Source: Bacteroidota bacterium
GTDB taxonomy: Bacteria > Bacteroidota > Bacteroidia > 2-12-FULL-35-15
DNA: 64,000 nt
Reading direction: 5' to 3'
Assembly: GCA_947469885.1 (NCBI GenBank)
Contig: CANIQT010000013.1
Span: 13,604 to 77,603, forward strand
Part shown: positions 10,322-20,094 of the stretch, in pieces
How positions within the stretch are numbered: position 1 is the stretch's first letter
Layout: each line of letters opens with the position of its first letter
Position numbers and translations under genes: made by a program
The notes under the pieces: generated by a model
Database searches by the model: none
What the model was told of the DNA's origin: nothing
Seen by the model: only the letters and a program-made list of their open reading frames with translations

Positions 10322-10571
10322 AATTTGTTTTTAGGAGGCAAAGGTATTGTTAATTTACGTGGTATTGGGAGATATACTTGGCTTTAAAACTTGACAACAC
10401 TAATAAAAGAAAAAAATTCTTTTATGTTATAGAAAAAATTGACAAGCGAATAGTTGACAGAGAAAAGGTAATACTGATTTCCAAAAATTATTTCTTTTCC
10501 CCAATTTTTTCTCGTAAAAATTTTCATTCATTCAATATTATTATATTTGCACCTAAACCAATCGTTAGCAA

Positions 10572-11231
10572 ATGACAATTCATAGAGAAGGTTATCCTTC
10601 AATAGCCATTACAATTTGTATTGTAGCCATTATTAATGGAGTAACACATTATTCGTTTTCCGATTTTCCTATTGTTTTGTGGCTGGGATATGTGCTTTCA
10701 GCATTTTTATTAATTATCATTCTTCAGTTTTTTAGAAGTCCTAAGAGGGATATAACAGTAAATACAAATAACATTATTGCACCAGCAGATGGCAAGGTTG
10801 TAGTAATTGAGCAAGTTTCTGAATCTGAGTATTTTAACGAAAAACGATTACAGGTATCTATTTTCATGTCCCCATTAAATGTGCATATTAATCGTTTTCC
10901 CATTTCTGGAATAATTAAATATGTAAAGTACCATCCTGGCTTATTCCTTGTTGCGTGGCATCCAAAATCGTCCACCGATAACGAAAGGACAACCATTGTT
11001 GTGAAACATGATAATGGTCAAGAGGTAATGTTTCGTCAAATAGCAGGAGCTATGGCGAGACGGATTGTGAATAATGCTATGCACGGTAATGATGCAATAC
11101 AAGGCGAAGAGTTTGGTTTTATCAAATTTGGTTCGCGAGTAGACTTGTTGTTACCTTTAGGAGTAAAAGTAAAAGTGAAACTAGAAGAAAAAGTAACTGG
11201 AGGAGAAACGGTAATCGCCACTTTTGTTTAA
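10572..11231 (+). CDS. psd: phosphatidylserine decarboxylase family proenzyme (short Bacteroidota type)
   Basis: The 219-aa product has an N-terminal membrane anchor, the Psd-type FMSPLNVHINRFPISG motif and a C-terminal GSRVD self-cleavage-like segment. Confidence 0.7.
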   Translation: MTIHREGYPSIAITICIVAIINGVTHYSFSDFPIVLWLGYVLSAFLLIIILQFFRSPKRDITVNTNNIIAPADGKVVVIEQVSESEYFNEKRLQVSIFMSPLNVHINRFPISGIIKYVKYHPGLFLVAWHPKSSTDNERTTIVVKHDNGQEVMFRQIAGAMARRIVNNAMHGNDAIQGEEFGFIKFGSRVDLLLPLGVKVKVKLEEKVTGGETVIATFV

Positions 11232-11328
11232 GTTTAACTAATCTTAACACAATTTTAATCGATGTTGAGATTTTTGGTATCTTTGTTGCACTATTAACGA
11301 AAATATAAATCAACTAATAAAAAACAAA

Positions 11329-11619
11329 ATGAAAAAACTATTTTTAATGCTTGCCTTCACAGGAATTGTTGGAGCAGCAACAGCAAACACATTAGTAACA
11401 TTTTCTAAAAGTACAATTATATTTGTAGGAGATGATAAAAAGGGAGACGACAAGAAAAAAGAAGGAAAATCTTGCAGTAAAGATGAAAAAGCAGGTTGCA
11501 AAAAAGGAGACGGCAAATCTTGCTGTCATGCAAAAGCAGAAGGAGATGCAACTGGCAGCACAAAATCAACAGATGCAAAAACTAGTACTAGTGCAACTGC
11601 AACGCCCGCTAAAAAATAA
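11329..11619 (+). CDS. small secreted Lys/Asp/Cys-rich low-complexity protein
   Basis: Signal peptide MKKLFLMLAFTGIVGAATA. The mature part reads DDKKGDDKKKEGKSCSKDEKAGCKKGDGKSCCHAKAEGD... with five Cys and one His. It has its own terminator. Confidence 0.45.
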   Translation: MKKLFLMLAFTGIVGAATANTLVTFSKSTIIFVGDDKKGDDKKKEGKSCSKDEKAGCKKGDGKSCCHAKAEGDATGSTKSTDAKTSTSATATPAKK

Positions 11620-11645
11620 TTAATAAGTAGTTCTTAATTTAGAAT

Positions 11646-11680
11646 CCCTACTGTAGAAATATAGTAGGGGTTTTTTTTTG
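11646..11680 (+). terminator. rho-independent terminator
   Basis: ccctact-gtagaaata-tagtaggg followed by T9. Confidence 0.65.
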
Positions 11681-11685
11681 AAAAT

Positions 11686-12378
11686 TTATAACAAATCAAA
11701 AAGCTGCTTCAGGCTTGTAATTTCATAAGTAATTTCTTCCGAATGTTTTTCTCTTTTAGGATTAAAAAACAATTGATGGATCCCTGCTTCACGTGCACCA
11801 ATAATATCAGCTTCCAGATTATCACCAATCATAAGGCTATTGTCAATTTTAGCATTCGCTAATTTAATGGCATAATTAAAAATGCACACATTCGGCTTTT
11901 TATAACCTGCCGCTTCTGAAGTAATCGTATTTTTAAAATAGTGATCGATACCAGAATGTTTCATTTTAATATGTTGAACCTCTTCGAAACCGTTTGTAAT
12001 AATATGTAAAGAATATTTTTTTTGGAGATAGCTAAGTATTTCAATAGTATAAGGAAAAAGATTGGTTTTTAAGGGAGCATTTTTTACATATTCATTTCCA
12101 ATTGTTTCCGCTAATGTTCTATCGTTGATATCAAACAGTTGAAACACTTCATAAAAACGAGAATAACGCAAAGTATCTTTATCAATTAATCCTTTTCGAT
12201 ATTCGTCCCACATTCTGTTGTTGATATGAAGGTATTTGTTCAGAAAATCCTCAAAGGATACAATTCCTTTTTCCTTCAGATTGTATTTTTCGAAAAGTTC
12301 AGCAAATGTTTCTCTTGAATTTGCTTCAAGGTCCCAAAGAGTATGATCAAGATCAAAAAAGATATGTTCGTATCGCAT
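11686..12378 (-). CDS. HAD-IA family hydrolase, YjjG-like 5'-nucleotidase
   Basis: HAD motif I FFDLDHTLWD, motif III K and motif IV MIGDNLEADIIGAREAGI are present. Confidence 0.75.
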   Translation of the reverse strand: MRYEHIFFDLDHTLWDLEANSRETFAELFEKYNLKEKGIVSFEDFLNKYLHINNRMWDEYRKGLIDKDTLRYSRFYEVFQLFDINDRTLAETIGNEYVKNAPLKTNLFPYTIEILSYLQKKYSLHIITNGFEEVQHIKMKHSGIDHYFKNTITSEAAGYKKPNVCIFNYAIKLANAKIDNSLMIGDNLEADIIGAREAGIHQLFFNPKREKHSEEITYEITSLKQLFDLL

Positions 12379-12832
12379 TAATTAAAGGTTTGTATAAAAA
12401 ATAAGAGGTAACAGACCAAATCAATACGGAAGAGAACATATAAATTAAAATAGTTTGTTTGTTTTTATAATAACGCACGGCAAGAAAACAACCAAGTGGG
12501 AGAGAAAAAATAAGTGGAGTCAAAAAGGAAATACCTACCAAACCAAAACGTTTTTTAATTTTAACAATAAATCGTTTTTGCTTTGTAAATATTTTGGGAG
12601 GAGGAAGATGTGGATGAGTAATCCTTTTTCGAGCTTGTCGTTTTTTATAATTGGCAATAATTATTTCGCTCAAAAAAGTAAAAACGGTAATACCTGTAAA
12701 ACCGCCAAGAGAAGTAACTGTAACAGCTTCAAAGAAATGAAACCCCATTCCTAATGCCATCGGAATGCCGCCAAACACAAATTTAATTGTGCTTACCAAA
12801 AAAACAGAAAGTATTTCCCACCAGGAGTCCAA
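12353..12832 (-). CDS. small multi-pass membrane protein, hypothetical
   Basis: The 159-aa product has four hydrophobic segments. It overlaps the downstream HAD gene start by 26 nt, which suggests an operon. Confidence 0.4.
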   Translation of the reverse strand: MDSWWEILSVFLVSTIKFVFGGIPMALGMGFHFFEAVTVTSLGGFTGITVFTFLSEIIIANYKKRQARKRITHPHLPPPKIFTKQKRFIVKIKKRFGLVGISFLTPLIFSLPLGCFLAVRYYKNKQTILIYMFSSVLIWSVTSYFLYKPLINAIRTYLF

Positions 12833-12843
12833 TATTGTACGGA

Positions 12844-13491
12844 TTAAATTTTTGTGCCGTATGCTAAATCCCCTGCATCGCCAAGTCCAGGAACTATATA
12901 CGACTGAGCGGTTAATTCATCATCAACAGCACCACACCACAAGGTAACATTTTCGGGTAAATGTTTTCGTGCATAATCAATCCCCTCAACTGATGCTATC
13001 AAAGAAACGATATGTGTATGTAAAGGTTTGCCTCGTTGCATCATGGCTTTGTAAGTAAGCACCATTGAAGTCCCTGATGCTAGCATTGGGTCGCAAAGAA
13101 TTAACACCTTGTTATTTAAATCTGGGCATGCTAAATATTCCACTTTTACATCAAAGGTTCCATCTTTATGATGTTTACGATAGGCGGATATAAAAGCATT
13201 CTCAGCTTTATCAAAATAATTTAATACACCATGATGAAGTGGTAAACCTGCACGCAAGATGGTTGCAATAACTGGCTGTTCCTTCAGTTGCTGGATAGAA
13301 GCTATACCTAACGGAGTAGTAACATCTCTGGATTCATAACTTAATGTCTTACTTATTTCATATGCCATTACCTCACCCATCCTTTCAAGATTTCTCCGAA
13401 ACCGCATACTATCTTTTTGAATATTTTCATCTCTTATTTCTGCAATAAAATGATTGAAGAGAGAATTCGTAGCTACTAAAATGTGTACCAT
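12844..13491 (-). CDS. upp: uracil phosphoribosyltransferase
   Basis: PRPP-binding motif DPMLASGTS. The C-terminal YIVPGLGDAGDLAYGTKI is nearly identical to the E. coli Upp C-terminus. Confidence 0.9.
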   Translation of the reverse strand: MVHILVATNSLFNHFIAEIRDENIQKDSMRFRRNLERMGEVMAYEISKTLSYESRDVTTPLGIASIQQLKEQPVIATILRAGLPLHHGVLNYFDKAENAFISAYRKHHKDGTFDVKVEYLACPDLNNKVLILCDPMLASGTSMVLTYKAMMQRGKPLHTHIVSLIASVEGIDYARKHLPENVTLWCGAVDDELTAQSYIVPGLGDAGDLAYGTKI

Positions 13492-13496
13492 AACTT

Positions 13497-14417
13497 TTAT
13501 GATTTTAATTTTTTAATCCATTTTGCCACCTGAGGCAAAGTGTTTTTTTCGACTTGTAAATATACATAATCTTTTGCTCCAAATTTTTTATAAAACTGAG
13601 CTACTGATTCAACTGACGAACCACCGAAGTCAAGGTCATATTTATTTCCTGAATATTGTTTCACAAAATAATCAATTAACAGATACATAGCCCCTTTTGT
13701 TTTTCCATTCACTGTTATTCCGTTTTTTAGATAAGTAAATTTATTATTGCTGAACATAAAAAATGCTGCTGCGCATAATTCGTCACCGTCATAAATTGCA
13801 ATTGATTGCCCCATTTTATTTTCAAGACAAGCGTACATAAGATTAGTAAGTACTTTATAATCATTTGCATTAAATATCTCTAATTCCCCACCCTTTGTAG
13901 TTTTAAAAAGGTTAACAATCTTTTCTGGTTCAATATTTAGGTGAATTTGCAATCCCGCTTTTATTGCTTTTTTAATACTTCGTTTGGTGTTTTCTGAATA
14001 GTTTTTCTGTATGGTTTCATACGATGACTTTAAATCTAACAACTGAAATTGTTTTTCTGTGGTTTGTATTCCTTCAATTTTAAATGAATTTGTTTCATGC
14101 AGACAGAATTCAATGTATTTGAATTTAGAAGGAATAGCTTCAAAAAATTCATATACTAATTGATGTGTAATTTTAGATTTTGAAAAGACACCAAAATAAC
14201 GGGTAAAAAATGGTTGATAGATATAATTGATTTTATATTTGGATTTAGTAGCAACCGGAAAAACTGTTTCGTAATCATTTAGAACCAATGCTGACCAGTT
14301 ACCTGCAACTATATCTAAATACCATGAATAAACAAAAATACAGGTATTAGAACTGTTGGCAATACACTTATCCCACTTTTGTTTATTAATATTTCTATTT
14401 TCGATGAAAGCAATCAT
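13497..14417 (-). CDS. FemAB-like / GNAT-fold acyltransferase (Acetyltransf_6-like), hypothetical
   Basis: This 306-aa ORF is in a same-strand block with sugar-modifying enzymes. The second half has a GNAT-like beta-alpha pattern. The call is weak. Confidence 0.35.
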   Translation of the reverse strand: MIAFIENRNINKQKWDKCIANSSNTCIFVYSWYLDIVAGNWSALVLNDYETVFPVATKSKYKINYIYQPFFTRYFGVFSKSKITHQLVYEFFEAIPSKFKYIEFCLHETNSFKIEGIQTTEKQFQLLDLKSSYETIQKNYSENTKRSIKKAIKAGLQIHLNIEPEKIVNLFKTTKGGELEIFNANDYKVLTNLMYACLENKMGQSIAIYDGDELCAAAFFMFSNNKFTYLKNGITVNGKTKGAMYLLIDYFVKQYSGNKYDLDFGGSSVESVAQFYKKFGAKDYVYLQVEKNTLPQVAKWIKKLKS

Positions 14418-15406
14418 TTATTTTTAAACATTTTTGAATATGTCGCAAAATTGTAGTTGGTTTTATTCTTTTCCACAAATTTTTCCAATTCTTGCAAGGA
14501 GTAACGCGAAAGTGATTTTGGGTGACCTATTACCACCATATTTTCAAATTTTTTTCTTTTCAATTTTTTTAAAGCTTTTTCCAAAAGACTAGCATTATAC
14601 CCATCTATACTAACAGTGCAATCTGTATATTGTGTGAGCATTTTTTTTCTTTGACCGGGTGCAGATATGGCTCTCCCATCACCTAAAGGTTTGTGAAGAT
14701 AAGGATTCTTACGGCCCAATAAAAATAATTTCCAAAAGAACAAAGGTGAATTTCTAATTGAACTAATTGGTAATTCGGTAAAATATCCCGTGGGGTTTTC
14801 TATCTCTGGCTCATCTTCAAACTTGTAAATATCTTTATCTGGTGCGTTTCTAAAATCATAACTGTAGTGTTCTGAAGTATAAAATCCTTTTCTAAAAACA
14901 CTGCTGTCAACAGTGATGTTGTTCTGCTTAAATATTTTTTTAAGTTTACTGAAAGGCTGTAAACACCATCCACCTGCACGATAAGTAAAAATTGTTTTTC
15001 CTGTTAAATCAGTCAATACCTTTTTGTAGTTCATTACAATGCTTTCAATTTCATTTTCACTGAAATCAGTCAACTTATACCTTTTTACATCAATTATCCA
15101 GTGTTCTCCATTGTAATAGCTATCTTCCCAATGTGGATGAATATGTAATTGTATATCGTGTCCTGAATTAGATAAATATTTTACCTGCACAGTAATTTTC
15201 TTGTAATCATTTTCTAATTGCGGGAATTGTTTTCTGAATTCGTCCAGTTTTAAAATAAAGCCACAATCAACAAAAAAGCAAAAGCGAACATTGTGTTTTT
15301 CGGCAATACGAATTAGCTCAGAGGTGGGATAAATGATACATTTTTCAACCGTTCCATGGATTTCGCCAAAGAAAATTTCATAGTCAAGTGTAATGTATAT
15401 ATTCAT
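14414..15406 (-). CDS. polysaccharide deacetylase-like (NodB homology) protein
   Basis: The N-terminal ITLDYEIFFG resembles the TFD(D/V)E start of CE4 deacetylases, and HIHPHWED is His-rich. Inferred. Confidence 0.45.
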   Translation of the reverse strand: MNIYITLDYEIFFGEIHGTVEKCIIYPTSELIRIAEKHNVRFCFFVDCGFILKLDEFRKQFPQLENDYKKITVQVKYLSNSGHDIQLHIHPHWEDSYYNGEHWIIDVKRYKLTDFSENEIESIVMNYKKVLTDLTGKTIFTYRAGGWCLQPFSKLKKIFKQNNITVDSSVFRKGFYTSEHYSYDFRNAPDKDIYKFEDEPEIENPTGYFTELPISSIRNSPLFFWKLFLLGRKNPYLHKPLGDGRAISAPGQRKKMLTQYTDCTVSIDGYNASLLEKALKKLKRKKFENMVVIGHPKSLSRYSLQELEKFVEKNKTNYNFATYSKMFKNK

Positions 15407-15417
15407 TTAAAGATTTC

Positions 15418-16308
15418 TTAACTTCCAAATGGGGTGTACATAGTAATACCTCTTTCATTGTAATTTTTCATCATTACTTCAAGCATTTTGTTTGCGTCAA
15501 TCAGCATACTTTGTGCTTCACCAATGGAACCTTTTATTAAAAGACCTTCTTTTTCAAACATTGGTTTTAGTGCATCACAATTTCGTTTGGCTGAATATTC
15601 AGGATTATGCACTTTCGTTTTCATAATTGATTTATTTCCTTTTTCATCAATCATTTCAACTTCAAATATCTTGTTGTCATAAACGGGAAACTTAAAATCA
15701 ACAGCATCTTCCAAAGTATGTAAATTTGTACAGGCTCCATTTAGTGTTGTTCCCAGCATTAAAATTTTCCCATTCATCAAACAAAGTTTTCTGAAAGGAG
15801 AATATTCATTGTAAGGTGTTAATTGCCCAAAGTGAGAATTAGTGTAATATTCAGCTAATCTTCCTTTTGCGCAAACTGAATCCGTTGGGTGAAAACTTCT
15901 GAATACATCATTTAATTTTCTAAAATATTCAGTAATAATTCCCATTTGTGATGGAGTGTTCTTTCTATCAAAATAAGGATTTTGTTCAAGGTATGTTTTG
16001 TTTCTTCCACTAGCACTGAAAGTTGGAAACAGTAAAGTTCCATTCTCTCCAACACATTCAAACAAAGCATTTACAACTGTTTCAGCTCCACCATCCACAA
16101 ACCCAATTTTACTTAAACTACTATGAACTAAAACTGAATCATCTTTTTTTATTCCTATTTTATTAAAGTCATTTATTAGTTTTTGTTTTGAAATTCCTTT
16201 CTGAGCAAGTTGTTGGTCATGTAATTGTTTTCTTCTCTGATTTTTCTTCAGCCTTTTTCCCAATTCAAGCAGAAATTCGGGAGTGTATTTTAATATAAAC
16301 TGTTTCAT
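15418..16308 (-). CDS. AAC(3)-family N-acetyltransferase (aminoglycoside 3-N-acetyltransferase fold; probably a sugar N-acetyltransferase here)
   Basis: The VLVHSSLSKIGFVDGGAETVVNALFECVGENGTLLFPTFS block matches the AAC(3) family signature. Confidence 0.6.
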   Translation of the reverse strand: MKQFILKYTPEFLLELGKRLKKNQRRKQLHDQQLAQKGISKQKLINDFNKIGIKKDDSVLVHSSLSKIGFVDGGAETVVNALFECVGENGTLLFPTFSASGRNKTYLEQNPYFDRKNTPSQMGIITEYFRKLNDVFRSFHPTDSVCAKGRLAEYYTNSHFGQLTPYNEYSPFRKLCLMNGKILMLGTTLNGACTNLHTLEDAVDFKFPVYDNKIFEVEMIDEKGNKSIMKTKVHNPEYSAKRNCDALKPMFEKEGLLIKGSIGEAQSMLIDANKMLEVMMKNYNERGITMYTPFGS

Positions 16309-16325
16309 ATTTCTTATGGAGAAAT

Positions 16326-17630
16326 TTACCTTGTTGCGTATTCCACCATTTCTTCATATACAGCACGCCATCCTTTCCATAATTTTTGGTCATTAATGGT
16401 ATCATTGTGCCAAAGACTAATAAATACACCATTCACTACTTTTACCTCATCAATCATTGGTTTTATTTTCTGCATCGCATCTTCTGGATGCACTTTCATA
16501 TAATATTTCAGAGTACCTTCCATAATAGCAAATGGATGAATTTTTAATTTTGTTTCCATCTCCATATCCAAATCATAAAAATTGAAGGGTGTACATATAC
16601 TTGCTCTGAACCCAATTTGAGAAGCGAATCCCATTGTGTAATCATCTGTTATATCAATATCAATCAGGTTACGATAAGTTTCCGGCAAGGTTAATTTCAA
16701 GAAGTGTTGGCGACTTTTGGTAACATCTCTGTGTAACACTTTTGCCAAACGGCTTACTTCTTTTTTTAATTGGGCTTTACTTTTGTTGGAGCCATAAGAA
16801 GGGTGAATTCCAATCTCTGCATAGTCTCCAAGCATTTTTATAAGTGATTGAAAACGTTTGCTTTCAATGGGCAAATTTTTATCGTTTACTCCATAATCTC
16901 CAAGAAGAAAAAAGTAGATGCTTTTGAAATTGTATTTTTTTAATATTGCTAATTGAAAATCATAAGTGTCGTAAGGATCTTTCTCTAGTCCAAATAATAC
17001 GCGGTTCCTTTCAGTTATTTCTTTAAAATTTAAAGTAGATAATGATTTGAGATAACCACCAATGCTTCTTGTGAAACCTTTTTCGCGATAGGCATAAGCA
17101 TTATCTATATCTATTGTTGAGATGAATTCGTATTTCTTTTCAGGAAACGAAAGTTCGGGATATCTTTTTTGAAGTAAACCCTTTATCCAATTTGCCCAGA
17201 TATTCACTATAGGTTTCTGTAAAAAATTGTTTAAAAATGCCAAACTGTCCTTTGCCTCAAATCTTCCATGCTCATCTCTAATGTGTGGTAAGTATTCTTC
17301 GTATCTTGAAACGAGATAAAAGGATGCTGCAAAAACATCAAAAGGCAAAGCGGATAACTTTCCAGTGGCATAAAATACTTTGTTAGAGTTGAATTCGAAA
17401 ACTGAAATATTTTGTTCCGTTATTCCTGATTCAAACAATAAATTTCTCGAAATAAAAAACAATTCATCATTAATTGGATTGTTTGTATAGCTTAGTTTAA
17501 AGTCTTGATAATTTTTAAACTCTTCAATATTTGATGTCAAAACGAAATTAATTCCAAGTAAGTCTCTGAAAATTAAATTGAATATGTACTTATTACGATG
17601 AGTAATATTATGTGTATAAATGAGTAGCAT
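16326..17630 (-). CDS. hypothetical protein, possibly deacetylase/hydrolase-like
   Basis: A 434-aa ORF in the same block. The segment IGIHPSYGS is reminiscent of a NodB His motif. No firm assignment. Confidence 0.35.
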   Translation of the reverse strand: MLLIYTHNITHRNKYIFNLIFRDLLGINFVLTSNIEEFKNYQDFKLSYTNNPINDELFFISRNLLFESGITEQNISVFEFNSNKVFYATGKLSALPFDVFAASFYLVSRYEEYLPHIRDEHGRFEAKDSLAFLNNFLQKPIVNIWANWIKGLLQKRYPELSFPEKKYEFISTIDIDNAYAYREKGFTRSIGGYLKSLSTLNFKEITERNRVLFGLEKDPYDTYDFQLAILKKYNFKSIYFFLLGDYGVNDKNLPIESKRFQSLIKMLGDYAEIGIHPSYGSNKSKAQLKKEVSRLAKVLHRDVTKSRQHFLKLTLPETYRNLIDIDITDDYTMGFASQIGFRASICTPFNFYDLDMEMETKLKIHPFAIMEGTLKYYMKVHPEDAMQKIKPMIDEVKVVNGVFISLWHNDTINDQKLWKGWRAVYEEMVEYATR

Positions 17631-17632
17631 CC

Positions 17633-18787
17633 TTATTTAATATTTTCAATTATTTGTTCACAAATAAATTCTGCTGCCTTTCCATCTCCAAATAAATTAG
17701 GAAAGTATAGTGTATTGTTTTCTGCAAAGTGATTAAAGGCTTCTGTAATTCTATTTTCATCAGTGTCTGTAAGTTTTGCTGAGCCACATGTTACAAGCTC
17801 AGTCCATTCGGTTTCGGGACGAAGAATAATACACGGCTTGTTGAAAAAGAAAGCTTCCTTTTGAACTCCACCAGAATCCGTCATTATTAGACTTGCGTTT
17901 TTCTCCAACGCTATCATTTCTAAATACGAAACTGGAGGTGTTATTTTAATAAAAGGATTGGTTTTTATTTGACAATAAAGTTCAGATGAAAGGTTTTGCA
18001 CTAACAGTTTGGAAGTTCTTGGATGCAAAGGAATAATTATGTTGATTTTTTTTTTAGTTGCAATTTTATTTAAAGCATTGAATAAATTATTTAATCTGGA
18101 AGGTTCATCTGTATTATTATTTCTATGAATAGTTGCTAAAATAAAATTATTACTTTCTAAATTATTATCTTTTAAAATGGTTGTTTTTTGTTCAGCTTTG
18201 GTAGAAAAAAAGAGGCTGTTGTCCAACATTATATCTCCACAATGATAAATTTTAGGATTATCATTTGAATAAGGAGAAGTGTTGTTTTCCCTAAATCCTT
18301 CTTTAACTAAATTATTATAACCTGTAATTGTAGGTGAAAATAATAGAGTCGATACATGATCGCAAATAATGCGATTAATTTCTTCAGGCATTGATTTGTT
18401 AAAAGAGCGCAAACCCGCTTCGATATGAATTACAGGAATGAAAATTTTTGAAGCTGCAATTGCACCTGCCAATGTTGAATTGGTGTCGCCATATAAAATT
18501 ATACAACTGGGTTTTTCCTTTAAAAGGATTTCTTCGATTCCTTCAATCATTAATGAAGTTTGTTTTCCGTGCGTTCCCGAACCGACATTTAAGTTATAAT
18601 TCGGATTAGGAATTTCTAATTCTTCGAAAAAAACATCTGACATATTATCATCGTAATGTTGCCCTGTATGAACAATTATCTCCAAAATTTTATCAGCAAA
18701 TTTATTTTTGATGGCTCTGCTTAATGCAGCAGATTTGATTATTTGCGGACGGGCACCAATTATAGTAAGTATTTTTATTTGTTGCAT
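17633..18787 (-). CDS. UDP-N-acetylglucosamine 2-epimerase family
   Basis: LTIIGARPQIIKSAAL, VHTGQHYDDNMSDVFF and HIEAGLRSFNKSMPEEINR are hallmark 2-epimerase blocks. Confidence 0.85.
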   Translation of the reverse strand: MQQIKILTIIGARPQIIKSAALSRAIKNKFADKILEIIVHTGQHYDDNMSDVFFEELEIPNPNYNLNVGSGTHGKQTSLMIEGIEEILLKEKPSCIILYGDTNSTLAGAIAASKIFIPVIHIEAGLRSFNKSMPEEINRIICDHVSTLLFSPTITGYNNLVKEGFRENNTSPYSNDNPKIYHCGDIMLDNSLFFSTKAEQKTTILKDNNLESNNFILATIHRNNNTDEPSRLNNLFNALNKIATKKKINIIIPLHPRTSKLLVQNLSSELYCQIKTNPFIKITPPVSYLEMIALEKNASLIMTDSGGVQKEAFFFNKPCIILRPETEWTELVTCGSAKLTDTDENRITEAFNHFAENNTLYFPNLFGDGKAAEFICEQIIENIK

Positions 18788-18807
18788 TCTTAATTTTTGA
18801 ACTTTAC

Positions 18808-19506
18808 TTATAGAATTCCTTCATCTGCAAAACTGTAGTAACCTGAATCAGTCATAATTAAATGGTCAGACAAAGGAATTTCCATTATTTTTCCTGCTTC
18901 TTTAATACTTCTTGTAATTTTAATATCTGCTTCTGAAGGAAGTTTGTTCCCCGAAGGATGATTATGACAAATAATTATTGAACTTGCATAATGTTCAATT
19001 GCTGTCTTGAAAATTATTTTTGTGTCCACCACAGTTCCTGCTACACCACCTCGACTTATCAATTCTTTTTTAATAACCGCATTTGCTCTGTTCAGAATTA
19101 ACATCCAGAATTCCTCATGAGGTAAATCTAAAAAGGATGATTTCATCACTGCAAAAACATCTTTACTCGAAATAATAATTTCACGTTTTAAAGTTTCTGA
19201 GTCTTTTCTTCTTCTGCCTAATTCCAATGCTGCAATTATACTTATTGCTTTGGCTTCACCAATGCCTTTAAATTTCATTAATTCCTGAACGGATAGTTTC
19301 CCTAATTCATTCAAATTATTACCCACACTTGATAATATCCGTTTTGATAATTCAACAGCAGTTTCCTCTCTATTTCCTGAACTGATTAATATGGCAATAA
19401 GTTCAGCTTCGGTAAGAACATGTCTTCCTTTACTCAAAAGCTTTTCACGAGGGCGGTCTTCCTCAGCCCACGATTTAATTCCAAAAGGTTGTTTATTATC
19501 TTCCAT
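18808..19506 (-). CDS. radC: RadC-family JAB/MPN domain protein
   Basis: It has an HhH N-domain and the JAMM motif HNHPSGN. Confidence 0.85.
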   Translation of the reverse strand: MEDNKQPFGIKSWAEEDRPREKLLSKGRHVLTEAELIAILISSGNREETAVELSKRILSSVGNNLNELGKLSVQELMKFKGIGEAKAISIIAALELGRRRKDSETLKREIIISSKDVFAVMKSSFLDLPHEEFWMLILNRANAVIKKELISRGGVAGTVVDTKIIFKTAIEHYASSIIICHNHPSGNKLPSEADIKITRSIKEAGKIMEIPLSDHLIMTDSGYYSFADEGIL

Positions 19507-19542
19507 AATTTAAAACAGATTATAAAGGTAACATAAAAACAT

Positions 19543-19571
19543 AAAAAAAGTCCCGCAATACTGCGAGACTT
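19543..19571 (-). terminator. rho-independent terminator of rpsT
   Basis: On the minus strand there is a hairpin aagtctcgca-gtat-tgcgggactt followed by T7. Confidence 0.5.
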
Positions 19572-19605
19572 AAAATATTTTAACTGATAACGATGCTAGA
19601 CTTAA

Positions 19606-19863
19606 TTATTTTTTAAGTGCGTTCACTTTTTTAGTCAATTTGGACTTCAAATTGGCTGCTTTGTTTTTGTGAATAACATTTTTCTTAGCCAATTTATCAA
19701 CCATAGCAATAACTTTAGGAAGTTTTGTAGCAGCAGATTTTTTACTTTCATCCTCTCTTAAATCTTTCATTGCATTACGCATTGTTTTTGCTTGGTAACG
19801 ATTTGTTAGTCTTTTAGCATCGTTCGAACGAATTCTTTTGATACTTGATTTGTGATTTGCCAT
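19606..19863 (-). CDS. rpsT: 30S ribosomal protein S20
   Basis: [36 protein letters not shown] is the bS20 signature. The product is 85 aa. Confidence 0.9.
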   Translation of the reverse strand: MANHKSSIKRIRSNDAKRLTNRYQAKTMRNAMKDLREDESKKSAATKLPKVIAMVDKLAKKNVIHKNKAANLKSKLTKKVNALKK

Positions 19864-19937
19864 TGTTTTTTATTTATTTTTATTAATAAGATAATCAAAT
19901 TTATTTTTCGATTAGCCCTTGTACCTACTACTTTCAG

Positions 19938-20009
19938 TAGCCCGTAGGGGAATCGAACCCCTCTTTCCAGGATGAAAACCTGGCGTCCTAACCCCTAGAC
20001 GAACGGGCC
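19938..20009 (-). tRNA. tRNA-Glu (anticodon UUC)
   Basis: Reverse complement GGCCCGTTCGTCTAGGGGTTAGGACGCCAGGTTTTCATCCTGGAAAGAGGGGTTCGATTCCCCTACGGGCTA. It folds as a cloverleaf with a 7-bp acceptor stem (first pair G-U), D-stem GTCT/GGAC, anticodon stem CCAGG/CCTGG, loop TTTTCAT and T-arm AGGGG-TTCGATT-CCCCT. CCA is not encoded. Confidence 0.8.
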
Positions 20010-20094
20010 CAAATACCCTGTTTTATTTTTTGGGAGTGCAAATGTAGATTAAAAATTGAAAGTAGCAAAACATTTTTTACTATTTAGCCTATTT

